DNA of 64,000 nt from Candidatus Poribacteria bacterium (GTDB taxonomy: Bacteria > Poribacteria > WGA-4E > PCPOR2b): assembly GCA_965208325.1 (NCBI GenBank), contig OZ242326.1:4544001-4608000 (forward strand). The letters run 5' to 3'. Below, piece by piece: positions 49,279 to 59,686 of the stretch. Position 1 is the stretch's first letter. Each line of letters begins with the position of its first letter. The translations under genes were made by a program, and so were the position numbers. Below the pieces are notes generated by a model. It worked only from the letters and a program-made list of their open reading frames with translations, did not search any database and was not told the origin of the DNA.

Positions 49279-50013
49279 ATGCTCGATCATGTAGTATTAG
49301 AGAATCTACTCGTAATAGACGTTGAGACGGCTCCGGTTGAACCAGAATTGGAATCTTTGCCGAAGGCAATGCAGGTTGCATGGGAGTCGAAGGCGAGTAA
49401 ACACCGCAAGGATGATGTGGCGCCGCAAGATTATTTCTTTGAACGGGCAGCCATATTTGCGGAATTTGGGAGAATTGTGTGCATTTCAGTCGGTTATTTC
49501 TTAAAGGACAACGAAAGTACTGATAAGTTAAACTTTCGTATTAAATCGTTCTCAGGCCGCGAAGAAAGACCGATATTGGATGGGTTCATGGAGCTACTTA
49601 ACCATCCGCACTTTAATAAACCGGAAATCGGTTTGGCTGGCCATAACATCAAAGAGTTTGATGTTCCTTATATCTGCCGCAGGGCTTTGGTAAATGGATT
49701 AACGCTTCCCCAGATTTTGGATATTTCAGGCCGGAAGCCCTGGGAGACCAATTTTGTAGACACGATGAACCTGTGGAAGTTCGGGGACTACAAGAACTAC
49801 ACTTCTTTAGCCTTGCTCACTTCACTGTTTGGTCTACCCACCCCTAAAGATGATATTGATGGGAGCGAGGTAGGAGCGGTCTTTTGGCACGAAGATGATG
49901 TGGATCGAATCACCCGGTACTGCCAGAAGGACGTGCTTGCGGTTGCGCAGCTCTTGCTTCGTTTCAAAGGCATGCCAGTACTAGATAACGAGGATGTCAC
50001 GATTGGGGATTAA
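49279..50013 (+). CDS. PolB-like 3'-5' exonuclease (DEDDy)
   Basis: IDVET, GHNIKEFD.P, YC.KDV. Confidence 0.88.
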   Translation: MLDHVVLENLLVIDVETAPVEPELESLPKAMQVAWESKASKHRKDDVAPQDYFFERAAIFAEFGRIVCISVGYFLKDNESTDKLNFRIKSFSGREERPILDGFMELLNHPHFNKPEIGLAGHNIKEFDVPYICRRALVNGLTLPQILDISGRKPWETNFVDTMNLWKFGDYKNYTSLALLTSLFGLPTPKDDIDGSEVGAVFWHEDDVDRITRYCQKDVLAVAQLLLRFKGMPVLDNEDVTIGD

Positions 50014-50229
50014 TGAATCACATCAAGTATTACCCCCATCAAGCAGATGGAAAGGTTTTCCAATTTCTGTTCAAACTATTGGCGAGGAGCCTGATAAAAA
50101 GTTTTATTGAGTGATAGCGCGTCGGCTGAAAGTTTGGGAAATGATAGGATTGCCAGATGCCTACCTTAATACAACAAATTATTGAAAGACCACCGCACAT
50201 GTATGTGAGAAAGATGGAGGGCCTCCACG

Positions 50230-51153
50230 ATGGAATACGATAAAACCAATAGGACATTTGACTGCGAACCCACCCTTAACGACACGCAAGTTTTGGAATT
50301 TTGCAAAAATGGGTTTTTAATTTTGGAGGGTGTTGTCCAAGATGACATAAATCAGCGTACATGCGATTACCTGGACGGAAAAATTCCGGCTCAACCCAGT
50401 TATATTCCCGAAGGACTCACGCATGAAGATTTAGAGCGAATTCGTAATTCGCATGAACCCAGCACAATCTTCCTTGAAGACTGGTTTGTCGAGCATGTTG
50501 TGCTCAATCCTCAGGTCGCGGGGGTAGTGCGGTCGCTTCTCGGAAGGAACGTCGGGTTGCCCGTGCTAATGAGTCTTCATCGTGCTGAATGTCCAGGCCC
50601 TGCGCAGGGGTGGCATCATGATGCAGACCACGTATTTGGGCCTGAGGTTCGTTTTATTCAGGCATTTTACTACCCGCAGGACACGCCATTGGAGATGGGC
50701 CCAACGGAGATTGTGCCAGGATCGCACATTCGCCCTACCCACCGTGAGGCGGGAGAGAAAGGCCTTTCAACTAGCGCCCCCGCCGGTTCGTTTGTCATCC
50801 ACTTTTTTCAGATCCTTCATCGCCGCGGCGAAGCCACTGGCGAAGGGGTTCGGCATATGCTGAAATATAACTATTGGCGTACAGTGCCGCCGCAAAGAGA
50901 TTGGATTGTTGAACCGGGCTTCAACTTTCATACTGCCGACTATGGGAGCCATGGTATTGCCAGATACATTGCGCACATGTTCTATTGGCTTTGCGGAAAA
51001 GCTGATGAATTTCGGATAATCGGAGGTCAGGCGTGGCCGTATTCAGGTTCAAGCATGAACCAGATTGGGAAAACCTATGGATTCGGAGAGCCGGAAGGTT
51101 TTATTCCAAACTGGCGGCACAATAACGCCGACAATTACTCAACACCATCATGA
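50230..51153 (+). CDS. PhyH-family dioxygenase (close paralogue of 46955-47875)
   Basis: Colinear with shared blocks such as DLERIRNSHEPSTIFLEDWFVE, GWHHDADHVFGPE, AHMFYWLCGK. Confidence 0.88.
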   Translation: MEYDKTNRTFDCEPTLNDTQVLEFCKNGFLILEGVVQDDINQRTCDYLDGKIPAQPSYIPEGLTHEDLERIRNSHEPSTIFLEDWFVEHVVLNPQVAGVVRSLLGRNVGLPVLMSLHRAECPGPAQGWHHDADHVFGPEVRFIQAFYYPQDTPLEMGPTEIVPGSHIRPTHREAGEKGLSTSAPAGSFVIHFFQILHRRGEATGEGVRHMLKYNYWRTVPPQRDWIVEPGFNFHTADYGSHGIARYIAHMFYWLCGKADEFRIIGGQAWPYSGSSMNQIGKTYGFGEPEGFIPNWRHNNADNYSTPS

Positions 51154-51166
51154 AAGGTTGGGGTCA

Positions 51167-53269
51167 ATGCAGGAATTGAGCAATAAGGAGTTCCACGTCG
51201 CTGTGGATGGCGATGATACTAATCCGGGTACGCGTGAAAAGCCTTTTGCGACACTGCACCGCGCGCGTGATGCGGTGCGTGAGTTCAAACAGGATTGCGG
51301 CTTGACCACGGCTGTCACTGTGGTGGTGCGCGGAGGCAAGTATTATCTGGGCAGCCCATTGGTTTTAACCGAACAGGACAGCGGCAGTCGAGAGTTTCCG
51401 GTTATCTACACCAGCCATTCGGGCGAAGAGGCCGTTATTAGCGGAGGCGTGAATCTCACCGGCTGGGAAAAACATCAGGATAGTATTTTTAAGGCGAAGC
51501 TCCCGCCCGGCAGTTGGAGCGTGAGTAAAAGCCGGCAGTTAACGTATAATGGTGAATTGCAGGTCCGAGCGCGTTGGCCCAATTTCGACGCGAATACAAA
51601 CCCAGTCATTGGTGCATATTTGAACATAGAGGATGCAGCAGAACCGGGCAGCGACACTTCTTTCAGATTTGCGCAAGGCGCGCTTCCCCGTGGATGGAAG
51701 AAACCTCAACTGGCGGAAGCGCTTGTTACGGTTGCGGGCGGATGGAGTACGAACGTTGTACCTGTTGAATCGGTTGACCGTGAAAATAGCATCATACGAT
51801 TGCAACGGCGGACATGGCATAGCGAGAACGACAATTTCGTGCGTTACCGTCACATGCCGTTTCGAAATCGAGGAGAAGGTGACGCGCCGTTCGTGATGGA
51901 GAATATCTTGGAGGAGTTAGATACTCCTGGCGAATGGTGCCTCGATACTGAAGAAAGCGTTGTCTATTTCTGGCCGCCTACACCGTTGTCGCCGGAGAGT
52001 GATGTTGTGCTGCCACGCCTTGACAATTTAATCGATATTCAGGGTGCTTCGTACGTTTCGTTATCCGGCTTTACATTTACCGAGACCACCAGCGGCGACA
52101 ATTATCATCGATCGGGCCTCGACGGTTACGGAGCCATGTTTCCCGTCAAAGGTTGGGACTACTGTGGTGAGGCGATTCATCTGAAGGACGCATCGTATTG
52201 TGTTTTTGAAGACTGCCGTTTTTATGCCTTGGGCGGCAACGCGGTTTACTTAGAAGGTGACAACTTAAAGAACCGGATTGAACACAACGAATTCAACTAT
52301 ATCGGAGCCAATGGTGTAGCTCTTTTAGGAACTGCCGAGGCGCATCCCATGTCCAACAAGGTGGTCAATAACCACTTCGACCGAACGGGATGTATACTAC
52401 ATTACACAGCCGCCGTTTTTGCGGGGTTAAGCAATGGAAATTGGATTGCCCATAATGAAATACATGACGTTCCGCATCACGGAGTAAATCTTGCCACGAA
52501 TGGCCAAGGCCGCAATCTGTTAGAATACAACGACATTCGCCGCACATGCTTAGTCCTGTACGACACTGGCGCTGTCAATATGTGGATGGATCCCTATGAA
52601 ATCGGCGACGATGGACGAGTTTATGTGCTCAACAGGACCGATCGCGCAGGGCACATTCTACGGTTCAATTACATCACGGATACGGTGCAGGGGTTTTACC
52701 TGGATGACTGGGCGAGCAACTGCCTGGTGTACGGAAACATTTTTGCCCACGTGTGGAATGGCGTGACCATCCATGGCGGGAAAAACAATCTGATAGAGAA
52801 TAATATCTTTTATGATAGTGCGTGCATGGTTTACATAGCCAATGATTTGACTCATCGTCCTGAAGAAAGCGCAAAAGATATGTGGGGCTTCTGTGTAGGA
52901 AATCGCGCACGGAACAACGTATATCACTCGGGCAAAGGAAATTTGTGGTGGCTGTATACCGACGACAAAGAGTTCGGTCTACTCGACGATAAACGTATCG
53001 CCGAGTCAGAGGGAAATGTGTACTACATGACGCATGAGAATTACCAGATCGGGGAAACTTGGATGGAAAGACCCATGGTAGTGTACACTTTCGATGAATG
53101 GCAAAAAATGGGTTACGACACGACTTCAGTGATTGCCGATCCGATGCTGATAGACCCTGAAGACGAAAATTTCAACTTACATCCGGATTCACCGGCATTG
53201 AAACTCGGATTCCAACCTATCGACGCAAGCAGAATCGGCATTCAGTCCAAGGCCAAATCGGATCGATAA
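51167..53269 (+). CDS. Right-handed parallel beta-helix protein (pectin lyase fold, GH141-like)
   Basis: HVAVDGDD.NPGT..KPFAT, VRGG.Y, RARWPN, ELD.PGEW, D.GA, G.YLDD, SPALKLGF. Start at ATG 51167. Confidence 0.85.
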   Translation: MQELSNKEFHVAVDGDDTNPGTREKPFATLHRARDAVREFKQDCGLTTAVTVVVRGGKYYLGSPLVLTEQDSGSREFPVIYTSHSGEEAVISGGVNLTGWEKHQDSIFKAKLPPGSWSVSKSRQLTYNGELQVRARWPNFDANTNPVIGAYLNIEDAAEPGSDTSFRFAQGALPRGWKKPQLAEALVTVAGGWSTNVVPVESVDRENSIIRLQRRTWHSENDNFVRYRHMPFRNRGEGDAPFVMENILEELDTPGEWCLDTEESVVYFWPPTPLSPESDVVLPRLDNLIDIQGASYVSLSGFTFTETTSGDNYHRSGLDGYGAMFPVKGWDYCGEAIHLKDASYCVFEDCRFYALGGNAVYLEGDNLKNRIEHNEFNYIGANGVALLGTAEAHPMSNKVVNNHFDRTGCILHYTAAVFAGLSNGNWIAHNEIHDVPHHGVNLATNGQGRNLLEYNDIRRTCLVLYDTGAVNMWMDPYEIGDDGRVYVLNRTDRAGHILRFNYITDTVQGFYLDDWASNCLVYGNIFAHVWNGVTIHGGKNNLIENNIFYDSACMVYIANDLTHRPEESAKDMWGFCVGNRARNNVYHSGKGNLWWLYTDDKEFGLLDDKRIAESEGNVYYMTHENYQIGETWMERPMVVYTFDEWQKMGYDTTSVIADPMLIDPEDENFNLHPDSPALKLGFQPIDASRIGIQSKAKSDR

Positions 53270-53405
53270 TACTTTTGCAGGATAGGCCGCTATTTATAGG
53301 ATATTTTGTCTTGGTTCGCTCGGGACGCGATGTTACATTGGAGTTTGGTTAATGCGACTGCCACCCAAGCGGTCGTGCACAATGCTCCCGGATTGATGGT
53401 AAATC

Positions 53406-54677
53406 TTATGAGCCTGATAGCGTGTGCGCTGGCGCATGCGGCATCATCATGAGGGTCGCATAAATTTTCGCAACTGCAACGAGATCGGGGATACTCACCC
53501 GCTCATTGACCCCATGAGCACTTTCACCGTCAACGCCGTACCCTACACCTGGCAGACCGCCATCTACTACGAAATAGTGAAGATCTGTGAATCCGCTTGT
53601 AGCACTAAAGGTAGGGGTCCGTTTGCGAACGACTTGCACGGCTTCGCCGAAGGCTTGCACGAATGGGTGCCCCACGTCTACGATGCAAGGCGCAATAGAG
53701 AGTATTGTTTTGACATCCACCGCTAACTCAGAATCCGCACTACAAATTTCCTTAATGATTTCCCGGATTTCTTGTTCGACTTCTTCAAGGTTTTCCGAAG
53801 GAATGACGCGCCGGTCAATAGAGAAGGTAGCTTGCGCCGGAACCGTATTCACTTTATCCCCATCGGTGCCGTGAAAGACGCCACCGATACTAATCGTCGG
53901 ACGCCGATGCTGCCCCGATTCGGTTTCAAAAACGCGATTGGGCGGCGCTAAACGTGCTTTTTGGCGTTGAAGCGCCGAAACGAGTGATACCATTTTCTCG
54001 AACGCATTCAATCCCTTTTCCGGCTGAGACGCGTGTGCCGCCACACCGTGAACAGTCACGTTCATCCAAATGACGCCGTTGTGGCCGACACCCACATTCA
54101 AGAGTGAGCCCCCTTCGCAGTTGACGACATAATCCGCCTGAACCATCCGATTTTGAACCAAATAACCTGCGCCAAGTTCCCCTCCGATTTCCTCATCGCA
54201 GGTGAAGGAACATTCAATGTTGAAGACAGGTCGAAGGTTGTTCTCCCGAATGGACGAAATCGCAAATAACAAAGCAGCAATCGAATCCTTCATGTCGTCG
54301 GCACCTCTGCCATAGAGCCATTCATCTTCGATTTCAGGCGCGAACGGCGGAAACCGCCAATTCCCAGCAACTGGAACGACATCGTAGTGGGCGTTGAAAT
54401 GAATCGTTTTATTTGCGCCAACATCCCATCGGGCGATTAAGTTGAGACGCGGATAAGCGTCTGCATGGGGCACAACACTAAGCGTTTCTGATTCTGGTAC
54501 TGGAATAACCGTTGTGTGAAGACCTAGCGCTTCACACCGCTTTTCGAGCAGATTGACCATTTCCACATAATGTCTGCCCGGCGGATTAGTGGTGTCCACC
54601 GAAACTATCTCTTTCAGAAGATTGCATAACCTCCCACGACTATGTTCAATTGTCCGAAATACTTTTTCCACCGTCAT
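53406..54677 (-). CDS. M20 family metallo-hydrolase (ArgE/DapE-like)
   Basis: NAHYDVVP, YGRGADDMK, DEE, NCE, H..NE. Confidence 0.92.
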   Translation of the reverse strand: MTVEKVFRTIEHSRGRLCNLLKEIVSVDTTNPPGRHYVEMVNLLEKRCEALGLHTTVIPVPESETLSVVPHADAYPRLNLIARWDVGANKTIHFNAHYDVVPVAGNWRFPPFAPEIEDEWLYGRGADDMKDSIAALLFAISSIRENNLRPVFNIECSFTCDEEIGGELGAGYLVQNRMVQADYVVNCEGGSLLNVGVGHNGVIWMNVTVHGVAAHASQPEKGLNAFEKMVSLVSALQRQKARLAPPNRVFETESGQHRRPTISIGGVFHGTDGDKVNTVPAQATFSIDRRVIPSENLEEVEQEIREIIKEICSADSELAVDVKTILSIAPCIVDVGHPFVQAFGEAVQVVRKRTPTFSATSGFTDLHYFVVDGGLPGVGYGVDGESAHGVNERVSIPDLVAVAKIYATLMMMPHAPAHTLSGS

Positions 54678-54730
54678 TTCATCCTTTAATTGGGTGGAGT
54701 GCGCGTTTAGTATTCATTCGAAAGGGTCCC

Positions 54731-55483
54731 ATGCCCTATTCCAAAGATTTCTTTGCGTTTCAACTATCATGTGCACATGCGCTAGCTAAGAGATTTCGGC
54801 GAAATGTGGGTGATATTCTATACGATTACACCACATTTTCCAGGAGTATTGCTTTGACACCTGATAGGCCATTCGATCAGTGGAATCCTGTTTGGCAAAG
54901 CTATATCAATGGACTAGGTAAGGCAGTAAACGAGGCCGAATGGACGCACGACTTTTACTTGAACCATTGCGCTGACGACCCGTTATCCACGGACGAGGAG
55001 TTCAATGGTAACATGTTGTTCGGTTCTTTCTATTTCGTCCTTCGTGACAATCATATCATCAGGCCGCACTTCATAAAGTTGGGTGATGATACATCTCCGC
55101 ATAGCGTTATTGGTAAAGAGAGAATGGTGGAAAGCCTCGGAAATTTGAAGAATATGTTCCAATATGTCAAGGACAATGTCGGCGGGGCAAAAACGGTTAT
55201 GGGCAACACATGGCTATACAATTTAGAAGCTTACAGAAGGCTTTATCCGCCAGAGTACACGGCACAGATGGTAGAGAATGATTCGCATGCATTCCAATTC
55301 TTGTCTTTGTGGGGCCAGTTTTTTGATAAAAATTGGCAGGTTAAAGGCTTGCTCGCAAACGAATTACTCAATCGGATTTCAGCATTGAACAGTTTGGAAA
55401 ACCTGAGGTTTTGCTTTCCGTACCAAGCGTTGATACCTCAATTCCATATTCAGGCCTTCTATGATTTCTATGGAATTGTTTGA
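54731..55483 (+). CDS. Hypothetical protein
   Basis: Long ORF, probable ATG at 54731; no family recognised. Confidence 0.65.
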   Translation: MPYSKDFFAFQLSCAHALAKRFRRNVGDILYDYTTFSRSIALTPDRPFDQWNPVWQSYINGLGKAVNEAEWTHDFYLNHCADDPLSTDEEFNGNMLFGSFYFVLRDNHIIRPHFIKLGDDTSPHSVIGKERMVESLGNLKNMFQYVKDNVGGAKTVMGNTWLYNLEAYRRLYPPEYTAQMVENDSHAFQFLSLWGQFFDKNWQVKGLLANELLNRISALNSLENLRFCFPYQALIPQFHIQAFYDFYGIV

Positions 55484-56172
55484 CACAAGCCAATTGGAAA
55501 CGCCGTGATGATGCCGTGCGGCGTAACCGAACTATTGACGATGACGCATTACGTTCGAGTTATCGCCGCGCCGTAGCCGACGCAAATTGTTGGCATGTAG
55601 TTTCCCGGTGGTGTAATCTCTGTTTCGGCAAAATTTTCGTCACGGCGTAAACCTTTGTCAACAGTTTTACGTAATAGGCAGTGGTTAAAATTGAAATTAA
55701 CTGCGGCAAAAATCTCTCATCTGCACAAAGGTTTCACCTACGATTGCTCGCTAGGTCCGATTTCTCCATTTCGCCACTTCTGATTCTACAGTATAGTGAG
55801 TTTGCGAAGAAAGTTCAAGCGCTTTCACTCAATTCGTAGAGTACTGTTTGAATATTCGGCGGCAAACGGATTCTTCGGCGTTTGAGTTGCTATAATAGTT
55901 GGAAATCCTATCGGACGGGATTAACTATCGTCTTCGCTAAACCCACATTTGATCTTAATCAGTCGCTTGATCTCGCCAAACGCTATACTCCAGCCCAGCA
56001 TTGTGCGGGGCAAGGAAGATCTCTATCGCACTCCCTATCCAGTCGTTTGATCCCCGACTACCGCGCGTGGTGGCGCACTGTATGAAATGAATTTTCAAAC
56101 AAGTTCTAAAAGTTGCTTTCTACCAAGTGTCTGGTCTAGATATGCTGTCGCTCTGTCAATTTTCAAAAACTC

Positions 56173-56201
56173 TTGACAAGCATTCGATCAGGTGCTATGC
56201 T
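56173..56201 (+). promoter_or_regulatory. Sigma70-type promoter upstream of nadC
   Basis: TTGACA-17 bp-TATGCT with an extended -10 TG. Confidence 0.65.
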
Positions 56202-56596
56202 TTGTTTCGCAAAATCCCGTGAAGTAGATTTTGATGTATTCTTGCCTAACTCCTTTCTCCCATTATGCCCTTAATTTTACCGCGTGTCCAGCTCAATGTT
56301 CTTGGGTTTGAGAATTAACGACTGATAATTGTGCATAGGCGGAAATGGAATCGGAGGGCAAGTATGAGGATTTATGCGTGTTGAAAGAGCGATTAACACA
56401 TAGTTGAATTGCGTTGTGCCAGGGTGCGTGCGGCACGCATGTGCGTAATTGGTCAAGGAGTACTTCCACCACCGGCCATGTGAATTGGATTTCTGATGTG
56501 GTGGTTATCACGGTTTGGCGAACATTTGGGCGGTTGGAGGGTATTCTTCTTTAACCGAGTGATACTAAGGTAATAGTCTTAAATCTAACAGCCAAA

Positions 56597-57436
56597 ATGC
56601 TAGATTTTCGTTCGATAGATTCGCTCATTGAACTTGCGCTCGCGGAGGACATTGGAACCGGCGACATAACCACCGAGGCCACAGTTTCCACAACGCAAAA
56701 TGGAATCGGGTTGATCATTGCCGAGGACGATGGTGTGATTGCTGGACTTCCGGTGGTTGAACGTGTTTTTCAAAAAATTGACCCGTCACTTGAATTTCGG
56801 AAGTTTGCCTCGGACAGCGATAGGGTAAAAAAGATGACTCCAATCGCTGAAGTAAAAGGCCGCGTGAAACCCATCCTCACAGGTGAACGCACTGCGCTCA
56901 ATTTTCTGCAGCGCTTATCGGGAATTGCAACGATGACCGCACAGTTCGTTGAGCTGGCCGAGAAATATGATGTACAAATTACAGATACACGTAAGTCAAC
57001 CGCTGGTTGGCGAGTCGTTCAGAAGTACGCCGTCTATACGGGCGGCGGTAAGAACCATCGATTTGGGCTTTTTGATGGAATTCTCATCAAAGATAATCAC
57101 ATCATAGCAGCCGGAAGTGTTGCCAAAGCTGTGAAGAAAGCTAAATTAAAGGCTCCACACACTATGAAGATTGAGGTTGAAGTCGAAACACCGGATCAAG
57201 TTGAAGAAGCCTTGAGTGAGGGAGCAGACATTCTTTTGCTGGATAACATGTCTGTGGAGCTTATGAGAACTACCGTCAAAAACGTCGCTGGTCGAGCCCT
57301 TATAGAAGCATCGGGCAATATAACGATAGACAAAGTTGACGCTGTTGCGGCAACGGGAGTAGATTTAATCTCTGTCGGTGCATTGACGCATTCGGCGATT
57401 CCGTTAGACATGAGTTTGGATTTAACGTTGAACTGA
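56597..57436 (+). CDS. nadC: Nicotinate-nucleotide pyrophosphorylase (quinolinate phosphoribosyltransferase)
   Basis: EDIG.GDITT, ERTALN.LQ.LSGIAT, DTRK, NHR.GL, IKDNH, EVE, LLDN, EASG. Confidence 0.97.
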   Translation: MLDFRSIDSLIELALAEDIGTGDITTEATVSTTQNGIGLIIAEDDGVIAGLPVVERVFQKIDPSLEFRKFASDSDRVKKMTPIAEVKGRVKPILTGERTALNFLQRLSGIATMTAQFVELAEKYDVQITDTRKSTAGWRVVQKYAVYTGGGKNHRFGLFDGILIKDNHIIAAGSVAKAVKKAKLKAPHTMKIEVEVETPDQVEEALSEGADILLLDNMSVELMRTTVKNVAGRALIEASGNITIDKVDAVAATGVDLISVGALTHSAIPLDMSLDLTLN

Positions 57437-57484
57437 AGTAATGGAATTAAAGCACGAGATAGCATGGCTTTGAATTAAAAACCG

Positions 57485-58531
57485 ATGCAAGAGTTCTTGA
57501 GCCAGTCACTGAACCGAAAGAATATTATTCGTGGATTTCTATTTTTTGTACTTTGTACACTAATTGGATTGTATGTCAGTTTTTTGTGGGGAGGCACGAA
57601 AAATTTTGGCAATGCACTGAGTTCGATACGCGGCAAGTTCTTAGTGATTGCAATGCTTTGCATGCTTTCAGATTGGGCATGCGGCGCCGCTCGCTTCTAC
57701 ATTTTTGTGCGAAAGATGGCTCCACAGGTCACCTTTTTTGATAGCATCCGCGCCACTCTAGCAACACTTTGCGTTGGCGGAATCACGCCGTTTCAGACTG
57801 GAGGAGTCGGATACATCTACATTTTCAACCGGAGCGGGGTACCACTATCGGGTTGTATGACGCTAGGCATCATTAGTTTTATCGGTACACTGATGTTTCT
57901 TATCTGTTCCGCGGGTTACACTGTATGGAAATCGCCCAGTTTTTTGCCCAAAGGGTTTGCCATTTTCGGCCAATATAGTTTAGTGATGTTTGCCCTTGTG
58001 CTCTTGTTCTTGTTCGTCATGGTCATCAAGCCCGGTGTTCTACTGTTTCCCTTGACGAAGATTCGGCTCATGAATCACCGCGGTTTTCGATTCCCGACCA
58101 AGGTGTTGAATCGTTTGGCGTTATCGCTTGAGAAATTAATTGGGGAGCACAAAGCGTTTACCCATATGTTCATCACACACCACAAGGGGGTCTTTGCTTT
58201 GAGTCTCCTCCTTTCGGGCGGCATATATATGAGCCGATTCGTGGCCGGATATGTTGTTGTGCAGGTGTTAGGCGGAAACACGCCGTTTTGGGACGTAATT
58301 GCAGCACAAGCAATACTACACTTTACAACACTGTTTGCACCAAGCCCGGGCGCAAGCGGAATCGCCGAATTTTTTACGGTTGTTCTAATGGAGGATTTGA
58401 TTAAACCCGACGTGGTTGCGCTGTACGCACTAATGACACGTTTCTTCACAACTTATTTTGCTGTCGCCGTTGGAGGAACCGTTTTGGTACCGCAATTAGC
58501 GAAGGACTTGAAGCAGGGAAAAGAAAAATAG
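57485..58531 (+). CDS. Lysylphosphatidylglycerol synthase TM (YbhN/flippase-like) membrane protein
   Basis: ITPFQTGG, PSPGASGIAE, RFFT.Y; multiple TM helices. Confidence 0.82.
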   Translation: MQEFLSQSLNRKNIIRGFLFFVLCTLIGLYVSFLWGGTKNFGNALSSIRGKFLVIAMLCMLSDWACGAARFYIFVRKMAPQVTFFDSIRATLATLCVGGITPFQTGGVGYIYIFNRSGVPLSGCMTLGIISFIGTLMFLICSAGYTVWKSPSFLPKGFAIFGQYSLVMFALVLLFLFVMVIKPGVLLFPLTKIRLMNHRGFRFPTKVLNRLALSLEKLIGEHKAFTHMFITHHKGVFALSLLLSGGIYMSRFVAGYVVVQVLGGNTPFWDVIAAQAILHFTTLFAPSPGASGIAEFFTVVLMEDLIKPDVVALYALMTRFFTTYFAVAVGGTVLVPQLAKDLKQGKEK

Positions 58532-58570
58532 TTCGTGTTCTGAACGTTGCATGCAATTCGGACTCTAAGT

Positions 58571-59569
58571 ATGAAGGCATTCGTCACTGGCAGCACGGGT
58601 TTCATTGGTAGCCACCTCGTCGAGTTTCTCGTTCGCCAAGGTTATCGCGTAACCTGCCTAGTCCGCAAAACGAGCGATGTACGCTGGCTCAATCAACAGC
58701 TGAATGCTGATACTGAACCCATTGAATTGGTTACTGCGGATATTGGCGATTATGATACTCTCGCCCAGTTGGTCAAAGATACAAACCTTGTTTTCCATCT
58801 TGCAGGATTAACGAAAGCGCCTGACGCTGCGACTTACGATCGAGTCAATGTACAGGGAACCAAGAACCTGATTAATGCCTGTTTACGAACAAATTCCGGT
58901 TTGGACCGGTTCGTATATTGCAGCAGCCTTGCGGCAATGGGGCCGTGCTCTACCGCAACACCAATGACTGAAGACGCTTCTCCGCAACCTTTGACAGACT
59001 ACGGTAGAAGCAAGCTAAAAGGCGAATTTGTAACCTACGAATGTGCCAATCGATTGCCGATTACCATCATTCGCCCGCCCGCTGTCTATGGTCCAAGGGA
59101 TACCGATGTTTTTCTCTATTTTCAGTTCGTTGAAAAAGGGTTGATGCCAACTCTTGGCGATGAAGATAGACTCTTGAGCTTGATACATGTCAGGGACTTG
59201 GTAGCTGGAATCTACGCCGCCGCTGTCTCCAACCTTGCTATCGGAGAAGCTTATTTCCTTACGGATGGTGCTCTGCATTCATGGAATGATGTCGGAAATA
59301 CGATTGCTTACGCGTTAAAAAAATGCCCGCTCAGACTTAAAGTGCCTTACGTAGTATTGGATATGATTGCCATGTGTACTGAAACTGCAGGCAGAATAAC
59401 ACGTCATGCCCCGACCTTAAATCGGCAAAAGATACGTGAACTCAAGCAGCGATTTTGGATTTGTGACAGTACAAAGGCGCAGCAACAGTTAGGTTTTGCC
59501 CCGGCGTATCCGCTTGAAAAGGGGATTCAGGAGACTGCAGAATGGTATCGAGAAAGCTGCTGGCTTTAA
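58571..59569 (+). CDS. NAD-dependent epimerase/dehydratase (extended SDR)
   Basis: VTGSTGFIG, HLAG, SSLAA, YGRSK, RPPAVYGP. Confidence 0.92.
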   Translation: MKAFVTGSTGFIGSHLVEFLVRQGYRVTCLVRKTSDVRWLNQQLNADTEPIELVTADIGDYDTLAQLVKDTNLVFHLAGLTKAPDAATYDRVNVQGTKNLINACLRTNSGLDRFVYCSSLAAMGPCSTATPMTEDASPQPLTDYGRSKLKGEFVTYECANRLPITIIRPPAVYGPRDTDVFLYFQFVEKGLMPTLGDEDRLLSLIHVRDLVAGIYAAAVSNLAIGEAYFLTDGALHSWNDVGNTIAYALKKCPLRLKVPYVVLDMIAMCTETAGRITRHAPTLNRQKIRELKQRFWICDSTKAQQQLGFAPAYPLEKGIQETAEWYRESCWL

Positions 59570-59686
59570 ATTCAGGAAGGAGAGAACATTATGAAATAGA
59601 GTACATAGGACAGGAAGATAAATTTTGCATAGGTGCATTAATTTAATTCGTACGATTATTTCTTTTTAAGAACATGGAGGGGATTA

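Noticed and set aside
55484..56170. Gene or pseudogene in the long intergenic region
   Set aside because: Short ORFs lack an RBS or recognisable motifs.
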